DNA from: Octopus sinensis
Taxonomy: Eukaryota
DNA: 64,000 nt
Reading direction: 5' to 3'
Assembly: GCF_006345805.1 (NCBI RefSeq)
Contig: NC_043004.1
Span: 28,334,001 to 28,398,000 of the forward strand
The first letter of the stretch is position 1, and each line of letters opens with the position of its first letter. The notes beneath the pieces are model-generated. The model was not told the DNA's origin, did no database searches, and was given only the letters and a program-made list of their open reading frames with translations. The translations under genes and the position numbers were made by a program. Positions 26,591 through 38,159 of this stretch are shown piece by piece.

Positions 26591-28308
26591 GAATGAAAGC
26601 ATCTCTTTAGACACAGTCAGTCGTAATAATGGCTTCGATGGCATAGGGTAAGAGTTTTAATAGGTAATTTTGTACAGTTATAGAGACTATGTTATTAATA
26701 ATAATAATGGGCGCCCGTATTGTGAAGAGGAAAACCAGTTGGATAATTGGTAGAACTCTGTTGGATAGGAAGTAGAATTGTTATCCTGTTAGCTACAAGT
26801 TAAAATGTCTTCTACCCACTAGTGTAGCTGGAAGGAGGGAGAGAGATCCGCCCCGCTGAGACTTGTTGGATTGTTAGCACTAATATCCTGCACACTTTTG
26901 GGTCTGCTATTGGCAATAGATTTTTTGTGGGGTCCGGGGGTGGCAAACGGAAGGGTCGCCACGGGCGGCACGCACTCTAGCTACGCCGGTGCTTCTACCA
27001 CCTAGATTAGGCTGAGACTTGTTGGATTGTTAGCACTAATATCCTGCACAATGTCACTTTTGGGAGCCGAGAGGACACGTTCAGAAAGCCCCTCAGGTAT
27101 TCTATAATTCTGTGAGAACCTAGAATAAACTTTCTTGACGTCTGTTCCACAAGTTCTAAGGGTCTTAACATCTTAGAACTGGTTGCTATTTCCACCAATT
27201 AAAATAAAACTGTAGTAAAGCTTTAGAACTTTAGTTGCCGAAACATCTCTGTTTTCTTTCATCTCTAGATATAGGATTCTTCGAGGTATACTCTCAACTA
27301 ACCACCCTTTGGGATGTGTAGTGGAACGTGCTTCAAATCATCAGTGAACATCACTAACAATGCCTATGGTATTAGAGTTACCTCTGAGATATTAAAAAGG
27401 TACGAGAAAGAGAGCCTCAAATGCAAGTCTTTGAGACAATCTATACTCTTCCTGTAATCTAAGACTTCCTTACATCAGCACCTTTGTCCAGTTCTTTTCC
27501 ATTATTGCACACAGAACTGTCATTGTGTGCTTAAATGCTAAATGACCCGTCTTGCTATCTATAAGTTGTGACAATTCCAGATAAAGATACTTCAAGAGAA
27601 ATCTGCTTGAGTAAACTAGAAGCATCAAGGAAACCTATCTGGTCCTGTTATAAGTATTTCTTTTCTTTTATTTCGAATCAAGCGTGATCATTTTTGCACG
27701 TACATTCTATTCCAGAAGTCGAATGTCATAACGGAAAGAGAAAGAAGTAGAATCTAACGTGATGAGCTAATAATGTTTCTGAAATTGATTACAAATTGTT
27801 TTATTTCAAATAACCCTCTGACCCAGGATTTTTGTTCATGCATTATTCATGATTGCCACTCGATCTTCTTGCGAAGTTTGGTAAACATTCCAAGAGAAAC
27901 AAACACTAACGTTTATAGATGTTAAACATCGACCATCACTACGCATCACATGTTTCCATGTAATGGGGGCGGAAATAGACATCCTCTTCCCCCCCCCCAT
28001 CCCCACACCATGAACCCAGTAGAAAAAACAAGATGTGACAGTTGGAGAGTGGGAGAATAATGATAAGTATTTATTGACCTCGAAAGAGAGAAAAGCAAAG
28101 TTGACTTCAGAAGAATTTGAAGAGGTCAACTAACTGCACTCCAACGGTCTATCAACCTAGCATAAAGCAATATAATATAACCATAATGTAACATAAATAT
28201 AGTGTAATATATAATGTAATACAAGTTGATGTTATATTATGTACTATGTATAAATTCTATATAATGTAATACACACACAGAGACACACACAGACACACAC
28301 ACACACAC

Positions 28309-28930
28309 GAGTGGCTGTGTTGTAAGTTGCTTGCTTACGAACCACGTGGTTCCGGGTTCAGTCCTACTGCATGGTACCTTGGGCAAGTGTCTTCTACTGT
28401 AGCCTCGGGTCGACCAAAGCTTTGTGAGAGGATTTGGAAGACGGAAACTGAAAGATGTCCTTCGTATGTATGTATATATATATATATGGCATGATAGATA
28501 GTTAGCCACTACACACATTTTTTCTCTCCTTGTTTTCTGTGTCCCTTTCTGTAGAAGAGCGTAGGCTCGAAACATAAAAGACTTTTTCTATTCCTGAGCG
28601 TTATACTAATACATCTGTTTGTTTTGTACACCACCTGCTTTCGTCTTTTGTTTTTTTCGTAAACTCTCCCTATATATATGTGTGTGTATGTGTGTATATA
28701 TACGTTTGCGTGCCTGGGTCCCCCCCCCAACATCGCTTGACAACCGAAGCTGGTGTGTTTACGTCCCCGTAACTTAGCGGTGCGGTTCTGCAAAAAATAC
28801 TGATTGAATAAGTACTAGGCTTACAAACAATAAATCCTGGGGGCGATTTGCTCGACTAAAGGAGGTGCTCGAGCATGGCCGCAGTCAAATGACTGAAACA
28901 AGCAAAAGAGTAAAAGAGAGAGAGAGAGAG
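28309..28930 (+). mobile_element. tRNA-derived SINE, group C (CORE-like CACCTTGGGCAAGTG, internal microsatellite, (GTAAAAGA)n tail), interrupted
   Basis: Head GTGGCTGTG(T/G)GG...GGGTTCAGTCC; 3' half CAACATCGCTTGACAACCG...CAGTCAAATGACTGAAACAAG; a second repeat sits inside its internal microsatellite. Confidence 0.88.
28505..28675 (+). mobile_element. Short repeat with hammerhead-like motif, copy 2 (nested in SINE C)
   Basis: Reverse complement of 14919-15085; motif CTTT-CTGTAGA-A-GAGC-gtag-GCTC-GAAA-C-ATA-AAAG at 28545-28580. Confidence 0.7.
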
Positions 28931-29564
28931 AGTAATATAATATTGTATGATATTGTGTAGTGTAATACAAAACATAGCATAGTGTAACGAAATCTAATAT
29001 ATGATATAAAATAACGTAATATAACAGAGTGTGATGTGATATAACGTTATATAATATACATCTCTTATTATAAAAGGCAGATTTTATCTGCCTCCCTTTG
29101 GGAGTTATACAAATCTACAATATAGGATTTCTTCAATTACAATTTACCTTGCATTTTTAAGAGTACAATGCATCGCGTCATGCCAGCTCCAGTTTTTAAA
29201 ATTTAAACTCCGGTTAAGCAAAATTTACAGAAAACTCACATTCTGGTGTGTGTGTCAAATGCTTTTCTTAGTCTGGTTTACACCACACGCAAACGCACAC
29301 ACACAGTGGGCAACGAATAAAATGAAACTAATTCACTTACTGTAGTGAGTGATCCTTTCACTCTGCCTCCCACTTCTTCTTTCCACACAGACACGCAAAT
29401 ATATAAATAAAATTGTGAGCTAACGTGCGTGTGTGTGAGTGGGTGTGTGCGCGAGTGTGTGTGTGTGAGGGTGCGTGTGTGTGTGTGTGTGTGTGCGTGT
29501 GCGTGAGTGTGTGACAGGAAAGTTTTTTTACGACGAATATAACACCTATATCCAAGTAGCAGAA

Positions 29565-29940
29565 AGATAAGACAGTAAGGTGTGATTTGAGGGAGATTTG
29601 GCTGCTATTTCTACCATGTCTAGCTGCCATGTAGGGGTCTCCCTCATAGGCTCATACATACATATATACATAGATAAGACAGTAAGGTGTGATTTGGGGG
29701 AATGTGGCTGCTATTTCTACCAGGTCTAGCTGCCATGTAGGGGTCTCCCTCATAGGCTCATACATACATATATCCATAGATAAGACAGTAAGGTGTGATT
29801 TGGGGAAATTTGGCTGCTATTTCTACCTAGGTCTAGCTACCATGTAGAGGTCCCCCTCATTGGCTCATATATATATATACATACATAAGACAGTAAGGTG
29901 TGATTTGAGGGAGATTTGGCTGCTGTTTCTACCAGGTCTG
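29565..29940. repeat. Tandem array of ~3.5 x ~106-bp units
   Basis: Units start AGATAAGACAGTAAGGTGTGATTTG at 29565, 29672, 29778 and ~29885; each contains an inverted piece of the TAGAAATAGCAGCCAAAT repeat family. Confidence 0.92.
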
Positions 29941-30300
29941 TTAGGCCTTCTCATGTAAACTCAAGCTTTCTCATGCCTTCAACATATGACCAAAGCAGAG
30001 AGTGTATTCTTTTATTCTTCTGCTTTTTCCAGCCATTGGTCTGTGGCCATGCGGGGCAATGCCTTGAAGAATTGTAGTTAATGAATCAACTCCAGTTTTT
30101 TTTTGTAAGCATTGTACTTATTCTATCTGTTTCCTTTGTCAAACCACTAGGTGACAGGGATGTAACAAACCAACATTCGTTGTCAAGCAGTGGTGGAGGA
30201 CAATCACAAGCACAGACACGCACACACACACACATACATGCATACACATATACACACATACATACATACATACATATATATATATGTGTGTATATATATA

Positions 30301-30558
30301 TTGCAGCGTGGAAGGTGTTTGTAAGCCATTTAAGAAACCACAAAAACCGTTACATTCACTTCAACATTTAAATTTAATTTGCCAAAATATTTTCGTCGCT
30401 TTCAGACCGCGACCTGTTCACTGACAAAAATATCGTGCTAACAGGTCGCGGTCTCAAAGCGACGAAAATATTTTGACAAATTAAATTTAAATGTTGAAGT
30501 GAATCTAACGGTTTTTGTGTGTTTCTTAAATGGCTTATAAACACCTTCAACGCTGCAA
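30301..30558. mobile_element. Foldback/MITE-like element with ~118-bp inverted arms and ~20-bp spacer
   Basis: TTGCAGCGTGGAAGGTGTTT...GACCGCGACCTGTT (30301-~30418) mirrors AACAGGTCGCGGTC...AAACACCTTCAACGCTGCAA (~30440-30558) with few mismatches. Confidence 0.85.
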
Positions 30559-30717
30559 CTGTTTTCGTTCCAGCACACGATCTCATCAAGTCACTTGCTA
30601 TGCAAGTACATCTTGTAACTATATATATTTTATATATATATATTATATGTATATTGGTAAAAACAGTAAGATAACAAAAGAAAGAAAGAGACCTCAATAT
30701 TATGTAAATAGAGGAAA

Positions 30718-31111
30718 TCTTTATATATAAAAGTGAGGTTGTGTGTCTGTCTCCTACGATTTAGATTCCTAACTACTCCCACATTTTGCGGTGCAGTTTT
30801 ACCAAAACCGGGTATCTTATAGTCGTGATTCATATCGAGACCGTCTGGGTATTAGCGCGCATCTACGATGAGTCTACCGATTTTAAAAAAAATTACCATC
30901 ATTTTTCCCATTTTTAATCCATTTTTGACATATATAAGGGAAGTAACTCTCTAAAATTTATTATTAAATCTCAGAACGTAAAAAGCTATAGTAACACCCC
31001 TCCCCCTTCGTGGTTAGCCATATTGAGATGGCTATTATACTTTACATCTCTAAAAATGCTTATATAATTATTTCCCTTACAAACCCGAGCAACGCCGGGC
31101 GATACTGCTAC
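30718..31111 (+). mobile_element. Non-autonomous Helitron-type element
   Basis: 5' TC followed by TTTATATATAAAA; subterminal hairpin CCCG-AGCAACGC-CGGG (31084-31099); terminus CTGCTAC, one base from the canonical CTAG; no TIR or TSD. Confidence 0.7.
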
Positions 31112-31608
31112 TTTATGATATAATGTTATGTTATGTAATTTAATGTAATATAATTTTAAGTAATTTTGATATATAATATAGAATAGTATAATGTAGTGTT
31201 GCATTATGTAATAAATATGTGTGAATGTATGCGTGTGAATGTGTGAGTGAGTGTGTGTGTGTGTGTGCATACGTATTTGTGTGTGCCTGTATGTGTACAT
31301 GTATATAAGTGCATGTGTGTGTGTGTTCATGTGAGTCTAACAGTAGGTAGAGTTTTGACAAAGTGAACAAATAATTTATTAGAAGACTCAACAGAATACT
31401 ACAAACAATATAATGGACAAGATATCTGGTGATGCTCCAGACGGGTCGCGACTCATACTAACCACCCACCAATGAAGTAAAACTCTCAATATAAAAACAC
31501 AAATTTGTATCAATCTTTATCTCTATATACTGTATTTATCGATGTATATGTATAAATATGTGTATATATGTATATATGTATATGTACACACACATACATA
31601 TTTATATA

Positions 31609-31640
<32 letters not shown>

Positions 31641-31730
31641 CATATGTATGTATGCATGTATGTATGTACATATGTATGTATGTATGTATGTATGCATGTA
31701 TGTATGTATACAAATACATACATACATGTT

Positions 31731-31944
31731 TTTCTACTCAAGGCACGAGTCCCGAAATTTTGGGGGAGCAAGGCCAGTCGAGTAGATCGATCCCAATTCG
31801 CAACTGGTACTTAATCTATCGAACCCGAAAAGAAGAAAAACAAAGTCAACCTCGGCGGAATTTGAACTCCGAACGTAAGCAGCAAACGAAATAGTGCTAA
31901 GCATTTCACCCGGCGTGCTACCGATTCTGCCAGCTCGCCGCCTT
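31731..31944 (-). mobile_element. tRNA-derived SINE, group B
   Basis: Homologous to 23275-23479 (AAGGCGGCGAGCTGGCAGAATCGGTAGCACGCCGGGTGAAATGCTTAG...). Confidence 0.85.
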
Positions 31945-32168
31945 TACATACATACATACACAGAGCAGAACATTATATATATATATATATATGTGTGTGT
32001 GTTTGTGTGTCTGTGTGTGTGCGTGTATACACACACACACACACAATATATATTATATAATATATATAATATTAATTTCGTTTTGTAAGCAACAGTGCTG
32101 GCTCTAGATTCTACAGAAAATACATATATACGTACATGTATATATATGTATATATATATATAATATGT

Positions 32169-32225
<57 letters not shown>

Positions 32226-32251
32226 TCAACACACACACACACACACGCATA

Positions 32252-32480
32252 TACTTTTTATTCTCTCTTTTAGGCTTTTACTTGTTTCAGTCATTTGACT
32301 GCGGCCATGCTGGGGCACCGCCTTTAGTCGAACAAATCGAACCCAAGACTTACTCTTTGCAAACCTAGTACTTATTCTATCAGTATCTTTTGCCAAACCG
32401 CTAAGTTACGTGGATGTAAGCACACCAACATCCTTTGTCAAGCGATGGTGAGGGGTACAAACACAGACACACACTCACAT
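32252..32480 (-). mobile_element. 3' half of a group C SINE
   Basis: TTGTTTCAGTCATTTGACTGCGGCCATGCTGG...GTCAAGCGATG matches the other group C copies. Confidence 0.85.
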
Positions 32481-32515
32481 GTATATATATATATATATGT
32501 GTGTGTATGTGTGTG

Positions 32516-32825
32516 TGTGGAAGCGCAATGGCCCAGTGGTTAGTGCAGCGGATTCGCAGTCGTAGGATCGCGCGTTCGATTGCCAGACTGGGCATTGTGA
32601 GTGTTTATTGAGTGAAAACATCTAAAACTCTACAAGGCTCCGGCAGGGGGGGGAGCGATCCCTGCTGTACTCTTTCGCCACAACTTTCTCCTACTCTTTC
32701 TTCTGTTGGCCTGCTTGCTTAGCCAGCGGGGTAGTGTCATTTGAAAGCTAAAACAATGCGAAGCGCATTGGAACCAGCGATGTGTAGCAACAACTGACAG
32801 CTTGGTCGGTCACGTAATCACGTGA
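32516..32825 (+). mobile_element. Group A SINE head/body with a third, different 3' tail
   Basis: 32516-~32705 matches the 18520 copy; the sequence then diverges to GGCCTGCTTGCTTAGCCAGCGGGG...GGTCACGTAATCACGTG. Confidence 0.85.
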
Positions 32826-32859
32826 TATATATATATATATATATGTATGTATATAACAG

Positions 32860-33300
32860 AAGGAATGAGTGTAAGGTCCAGAAAGTGTCGTGAGTATTGA
32901 AGTCACCGTGAACGATGACTTTGGAGGGGATGGAGTAAGATACATGTCCTCTGTACAGCAAGAGATGTGATCGAACGATTGACGGTGGAACAACGGGAGG
33001 AAGACTGAAGAGGAAGAAAATGTATTTCAATGGGTTATTGAGGAATATTTTTCAAATCTGAGGAAATGAAGGGCTTCGTTGCTGATATCGATTCCATTTG
33101 GAATGAAAGTTGAGTAATGGGCATCGCGTAGTCTACAGAGATGAACTATAATATAGATTTGTGTGCTGGATAAGTTGTGAGGTTTGTGTTCTAGTTAGAG
33201 GTGATGTGTGGAATGTAGGCTGGATGGCAATAGACAGATACGAGAGGAGAAATATTGCAGTGGATGTAGTTTTGATTTGTGAAACTTTAGGGGAACGTAA
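32860..33300 (-). pseudogene. Degenerate apurinic-endonuclease (APE) domain fragment of a LINE
   Basis: ORF 32818..33030 contains VIVHGDFNTHDTFW, matching the APE GDFNAH..W motif; the surrounding frames are broken. Confidence 0.55.
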
Positions 33301-33961
33301 AGTGTGATAGTACATGGAGAGCTTGGCGAAAGACTTTCAAGGGACGTATTTTTAAGCATTACAGTACTAATCACCGCTTATGCAATCACAGACTGGTTGA
33401 TAGTAATGAAGGCGACAGTTACAGCTATTCATATTCACGCACACACACATACACACACACAATATCACATACGTAGGCACACACACACAATCACAAACGC
33501 ACACACACATACATACGCGCAGATATGTATATTCACACAGGCACACATATGCATGTGCGTACGCATGTATACATGTAAGTATAATAAATAAATTTATTCC
33601 CCTGAAACAAACTCAGTCTGCCACCTTACCCCGTACTTTAGACTGCCATGACAGAATTCCAAAATAGTGGTCAGTAAAAATATGTGAATTTACTTTCAGG
33701 AGGACAAAAATCAGGAACCAGCATCAGTTTTAAGCGGCATTGAGTTATGTATTTTTCTAGTTCGTACCCACTCACAAACATACATACATACATACATACA
33801 TACATACATACATGCATACATACATACATACATACATACATACATACATACATACATACATACATACATACATACATACGTACGTACGTACGTACATACA
33901 TACATGTATACATATATATATATATTATATATATATATGTATGTGTGTGTGTGTGTGTGTG

Positions 33962-35220
33962 TATTGGGTCACCCATAAATAATAGGTTTTTTTATACTTA
34001 TTTTATTTTTCAAAATTAGGATAATCAAAATTCGTTTTTAATCTAAAATATGATCGCCTTCATTTTCTACAATGCTCTTCCAGACTTGCAAAATTCACTC
34101 GTCCGTGACGAGAATATTCCTCCAGTCCTGTTCTGATCTCTTCTACAGAATTCATATATTTTCCCTCCAAATGATTTTAAAGACTGCGGTATAAGTGATA
34201 ATCAAATGGGGCAATGTCCGGCGAATATGGTGAGTGGGACATCGTTTCCCATTCAAACTGCTCCAGCCTTTGGAATATCATCCTCGCTATATGTACCGAG
34301 CATTATCCTGGTAGAACACCTTTCGTCTTGAAACCAAATATGGTCATTTTTCTTCTGGCGCTGACTTTATATGCGCCAGCTGCTCGCAGTAGATCTCGTT
34401 TGTTATCGTTTGGTTTAGGTTTAAAAGTTCAAAGTCGACTAAACCTTTCATATCCCAATAAACAGATAACAAAACCTTAAGTAGATGAAGACCTTCTTTA
34501 GGCTGGGATGCCGCTGTTTCTCCTTTCCCTACCCACTATCTTAGGCGCTTAACATTTTTATAGAGAATCCATTTCTCCTCACCAGTCAATATTCGGTCTA
34601 AAAATGGTTCATTCCCGAGACGTGACAGCAAGGAAGAGCATACTTTCACTCTCAGCGCACGATTAGACTGGGAACGTTTGTGAGGAACCCATTGACCCAA
34701 TTTTTCTGACTATTCCGATGGCACGCAGGTGTCGCTGAATGGTGAATGACCAAATCCAAGCTTCTCTGCCAGTACCTCAACGGTTACGATGGGATTTTGT
34801 TCCACCAGAGTTTGAAGGGCGTCCTATTCGAGCTCTACAGATCTCCCAGAACGAGGTTCGTCTTCTAGGTTGTAGTTTCCGGCTCGAAATTTCTGGAACC
34901 ACCGTTGACACTGGCTTACGTCTATTGTCCGATCTCCATATACTGCATTAATATTCCTCGCACTTTCCGTTCCACTGTTGCCTTTATTGAACTCATAAAG
35001 CAAAACATGCCGAATATGCTCTTTTGTCACTTCCATTATCACTTTGAAAAAATAACTGTTAAAATCGAGCTGCACTCTTCAAAACTTACACTAAGAATAA
35101 ACACAAGGTAAAATTAGTACCTGCATTTATAGGAAGTTGATGCAGGTAGTTTATCCCGTTCTACTTCAACTTTTAGTTCATGCAACTGAAAAAACCGCAC
35201 TATTTATGGGGTGACCAATA
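33962..35220 (-). mobile_element. Near full-length (1259 bp) degenerate mariner element
   Basis: Imperfect ~30-bp TIRs (TATTGGGTCACCCATAAATAATAGGTTTTT vs TATTGGTCACCCCATAAATAGTGCGGTTTT) with TA flanks. Transposase remnants: EHIRHVLLYEFNKG...QRWFQKFRAGNYNLEDEPRSGR, GQWVPH, DRILTGEEKWILYKN, DIAPFDYHLYRSL. Stops/frameshifts present. Confidence 0.95.
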
Positions 35221-35230
35221 TATGTATGTG

Positions 35231-35268
<38 letters not shown>

Positions 35269-35280
35269 GAGAGAGAGACG

Positions 35281-36145
35281 GAGTCTTCGGGGTAAATTTG
35301 ACCAATATTTATGTCTCCGTTCTTCAGTAACAGCTTGAGGCATTGGTTAACAGTCAACAGCTTTGAAAAGCATAAAGATTAAAGTTGTAGTTGAATAAAA
35401 GTTAGCTGACACAGAGGACTGGGAGCCATCTGAATATTGGAAAAGAGTTACCTGTATCATGATGATACGGGTCGGGTTTCAAAATGCCGACATCATGAAG
35501 ACTGCACAATACTCTGTGGACACTGTAAAGGTTGTAAGACGTGACATGGATAACTGTAAGGGAGATTACGAAACTGTGGCCAGCCGAAATGAACACAGCC
35601 GGTGTTCCTATTGAGTCTGCACGCCGGAATTCATCCAAAACTGATGAACAGGACCTCGGGCTTAATACAGACGGCAATGTGAAACTGCTGGAGACTGTGG
35701 TAAAAAATCTGGGGGGAGAGAATTGCTGCTGGAAGTCCATATGTATTGCAGAGAGATTCGGCTTCTTGTCCTACCTCCGAAAGAGTCAGAAGTGGTTGAC
35801 AGAGGATTTGAATGACTTCACTTGCCTCAGTTTCTGGCCTGCGAGTTCCTCCAATTGTAATCCCATAGTTTACTATGTGTGGGACGCAGTTGAGAGAGAC
35901 ATCAACAGCTCTGCCTATAACATCAAGGCCGAGTTGGTTAACCAGATCAAGGTGTTCGGGGATCTTTCCTGGGACACAGTGCAGAACGCATGTGCCAAAT
36001 TTTGGAGCCGTCTTGGGGCGGTGGTGGAAGCTGGGAGCAGCTACTTTGAGTAAACTGTTATCTTCTAGCCAAGATCAAGGAGGTGTTCGGGGACCTTCCC
36101 AGGGGAATAGTGAACGTATGCTCCAAAGTCCCAGATCATTTTAAA
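35281..36145 (+). pseudogene. Internally deleted Tc1/mariner-superfamily (maT/DD37D-like) transposase relic
   Basis: Reads QKWLTEDLNDFTCLSFWPASSSNCNPIVYYVWDAVERDIN...VQNACAKFWSRLGAVVEAGSSYFE (WPP.SPD.NP.DY.VW motif); an N-terminal HTH-like remnant lies at ~35430-35600. Confidence 0.8.
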
Positions 36146-36439
36146 TCAACTGGACGCAGAGATGTGATCGAACTCTCGCTATCACACCCCTAAAATGATA
36201 AAAACTTCGAATCACAATAAGTTGTAAACTATTTATATGTTTATTAGGTTTCGAATATCAAATTAATGCTGTTTCTGTTCCTGATGCAAAAGTTTGAAGA
36301 GCGAAGTACAAGAATCTCGGAGCACAACCTAGTTTTTGGCATTTCTCGCTTGTATGTCAACGAACGTAGAAAATACTTCCAATAATCTTGCATAAACATT
36401 TGCTCACGCAAACGAGCGCGCGCACGCACACACACACAC

Positions 36440-36900
<461 letters not shown>

Positions 36901-36980
36901 ATACATAAATACATATCATCTAAATAGACTCTGTTGAGATGATTTGGAAACGTAAAATGTAATAAACCTTACGGTATGTC

Positions 36981-37063
36981 TTTTTCTGATGAGAGTTTGC
37001 CCAATACAATGATTTAATTACCGGAATTTAATCTTTGGGCAAAATCGAAAGAGCTGTAAGAGA
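36981..37063 (+). ncRNA. Type I hammerhead ribozyme-like motif with canonical core
   Basis: CTGATGA (36986-36992); stem II 36993-37004/37035-37046 with 11 of 12 pairs; GAAA (37047-37050); GAGCTG-TA; stem I TTTTT/AGAGA including 2 G-U pairs. Confidence 0.6.
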
Positions 37064-37140
37064 ATTTGTAAGAGAATATGTTGAATTTTTGCAGTTAATA
37101 AATCATATTAATGCCACATATCCATTTTCTGAATCTCAAT

Positions 37141-37226
<86 letters not shown>

Positions 37227-37263
37227 CTACCTATCTACCTATCTATCTGTCTATCTTGTTTTA

Positions 37264-37440
37264 TTCTTTTATATATTTATTTGTTTCAGTCATTTGAGGA
37301 TTTATTCTTTGTAAACCTAATATTTATTCTATAAGTCTCTTTTGCCGAACCGCTAAGCTACGGAGACGTAAACACATCAGCATCCGTTATCAAGTGATGT
37401 TGGGTGGATAAACACAAACACACAAACATATACATACATA

Positions 37441-37477
<37 letters not shown>

Positions 37478-37628
37478 GACAGGTTTCTTTCAGTTTCCGT
37501 CTACCAAATCCACTCACAAGGCTTTGATTGACCCGAGGCTATAGTAAAAGACACTTGCCGAAGATGTCACGCAGTGGGACTGAACCTGGAACCATGTGGT
37601 TGGTAAGCAAGCTACTTACACACACACA
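37264..37628 (-). mobile_element. tRNA-derived SINE, group C
   Basis: Both halves plus the internal (TA)n match 45782-46170 in reverse complement. Confidence 0.88.
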
Positions 37629-38100
37629 TATACATATTTAGAGGCAGACTCACATACACACACACATTTTTTTCAATTCATAACTTATAAGTTGATTACA
37701 GGTTTACTCTAACCAATTAATGCAACTCTGCCGACTGGTTCTTTGGCTCACAACGATTCTTGTATATTTCGCTGTTTAACGACAACGAAATACATATACT
37801 CATACATATCTCATAATCACACCGACTCACATGATTGTTTTTTTGCGTATGCATATATGTGATGTGTGTGTGTGTGTGTGTCTTCGTAGGAGGCAGTAAG
37901 AATTTTGGATAATTCTTTATTATTAGCACTTTCGTTCGTTTAAACGAAATCTTCAAGATAAGAATTAAAATCAAAATGATTACGATAGAAACAGAGTGTT
38001 TCCTACTTCTGTTATGTTACGGTTTTAGCACAGAAGGGGGAAACGATATATATATATATATATAATATATCTATATATATATATATAATATATATATATA

Positions 38101-38142
<42 letters not shown>

Positions 38143-38159
38143 AGAGAGAGAGAGAGAGA

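Noticed and set aside
29565-29940. CRISPR-like array (also the 40-bp direct repeats at 26855/27011)
   Set aside because: Units are wholly repeated with no unique spacers, there are no cas genes, and the context is eukaryotic.
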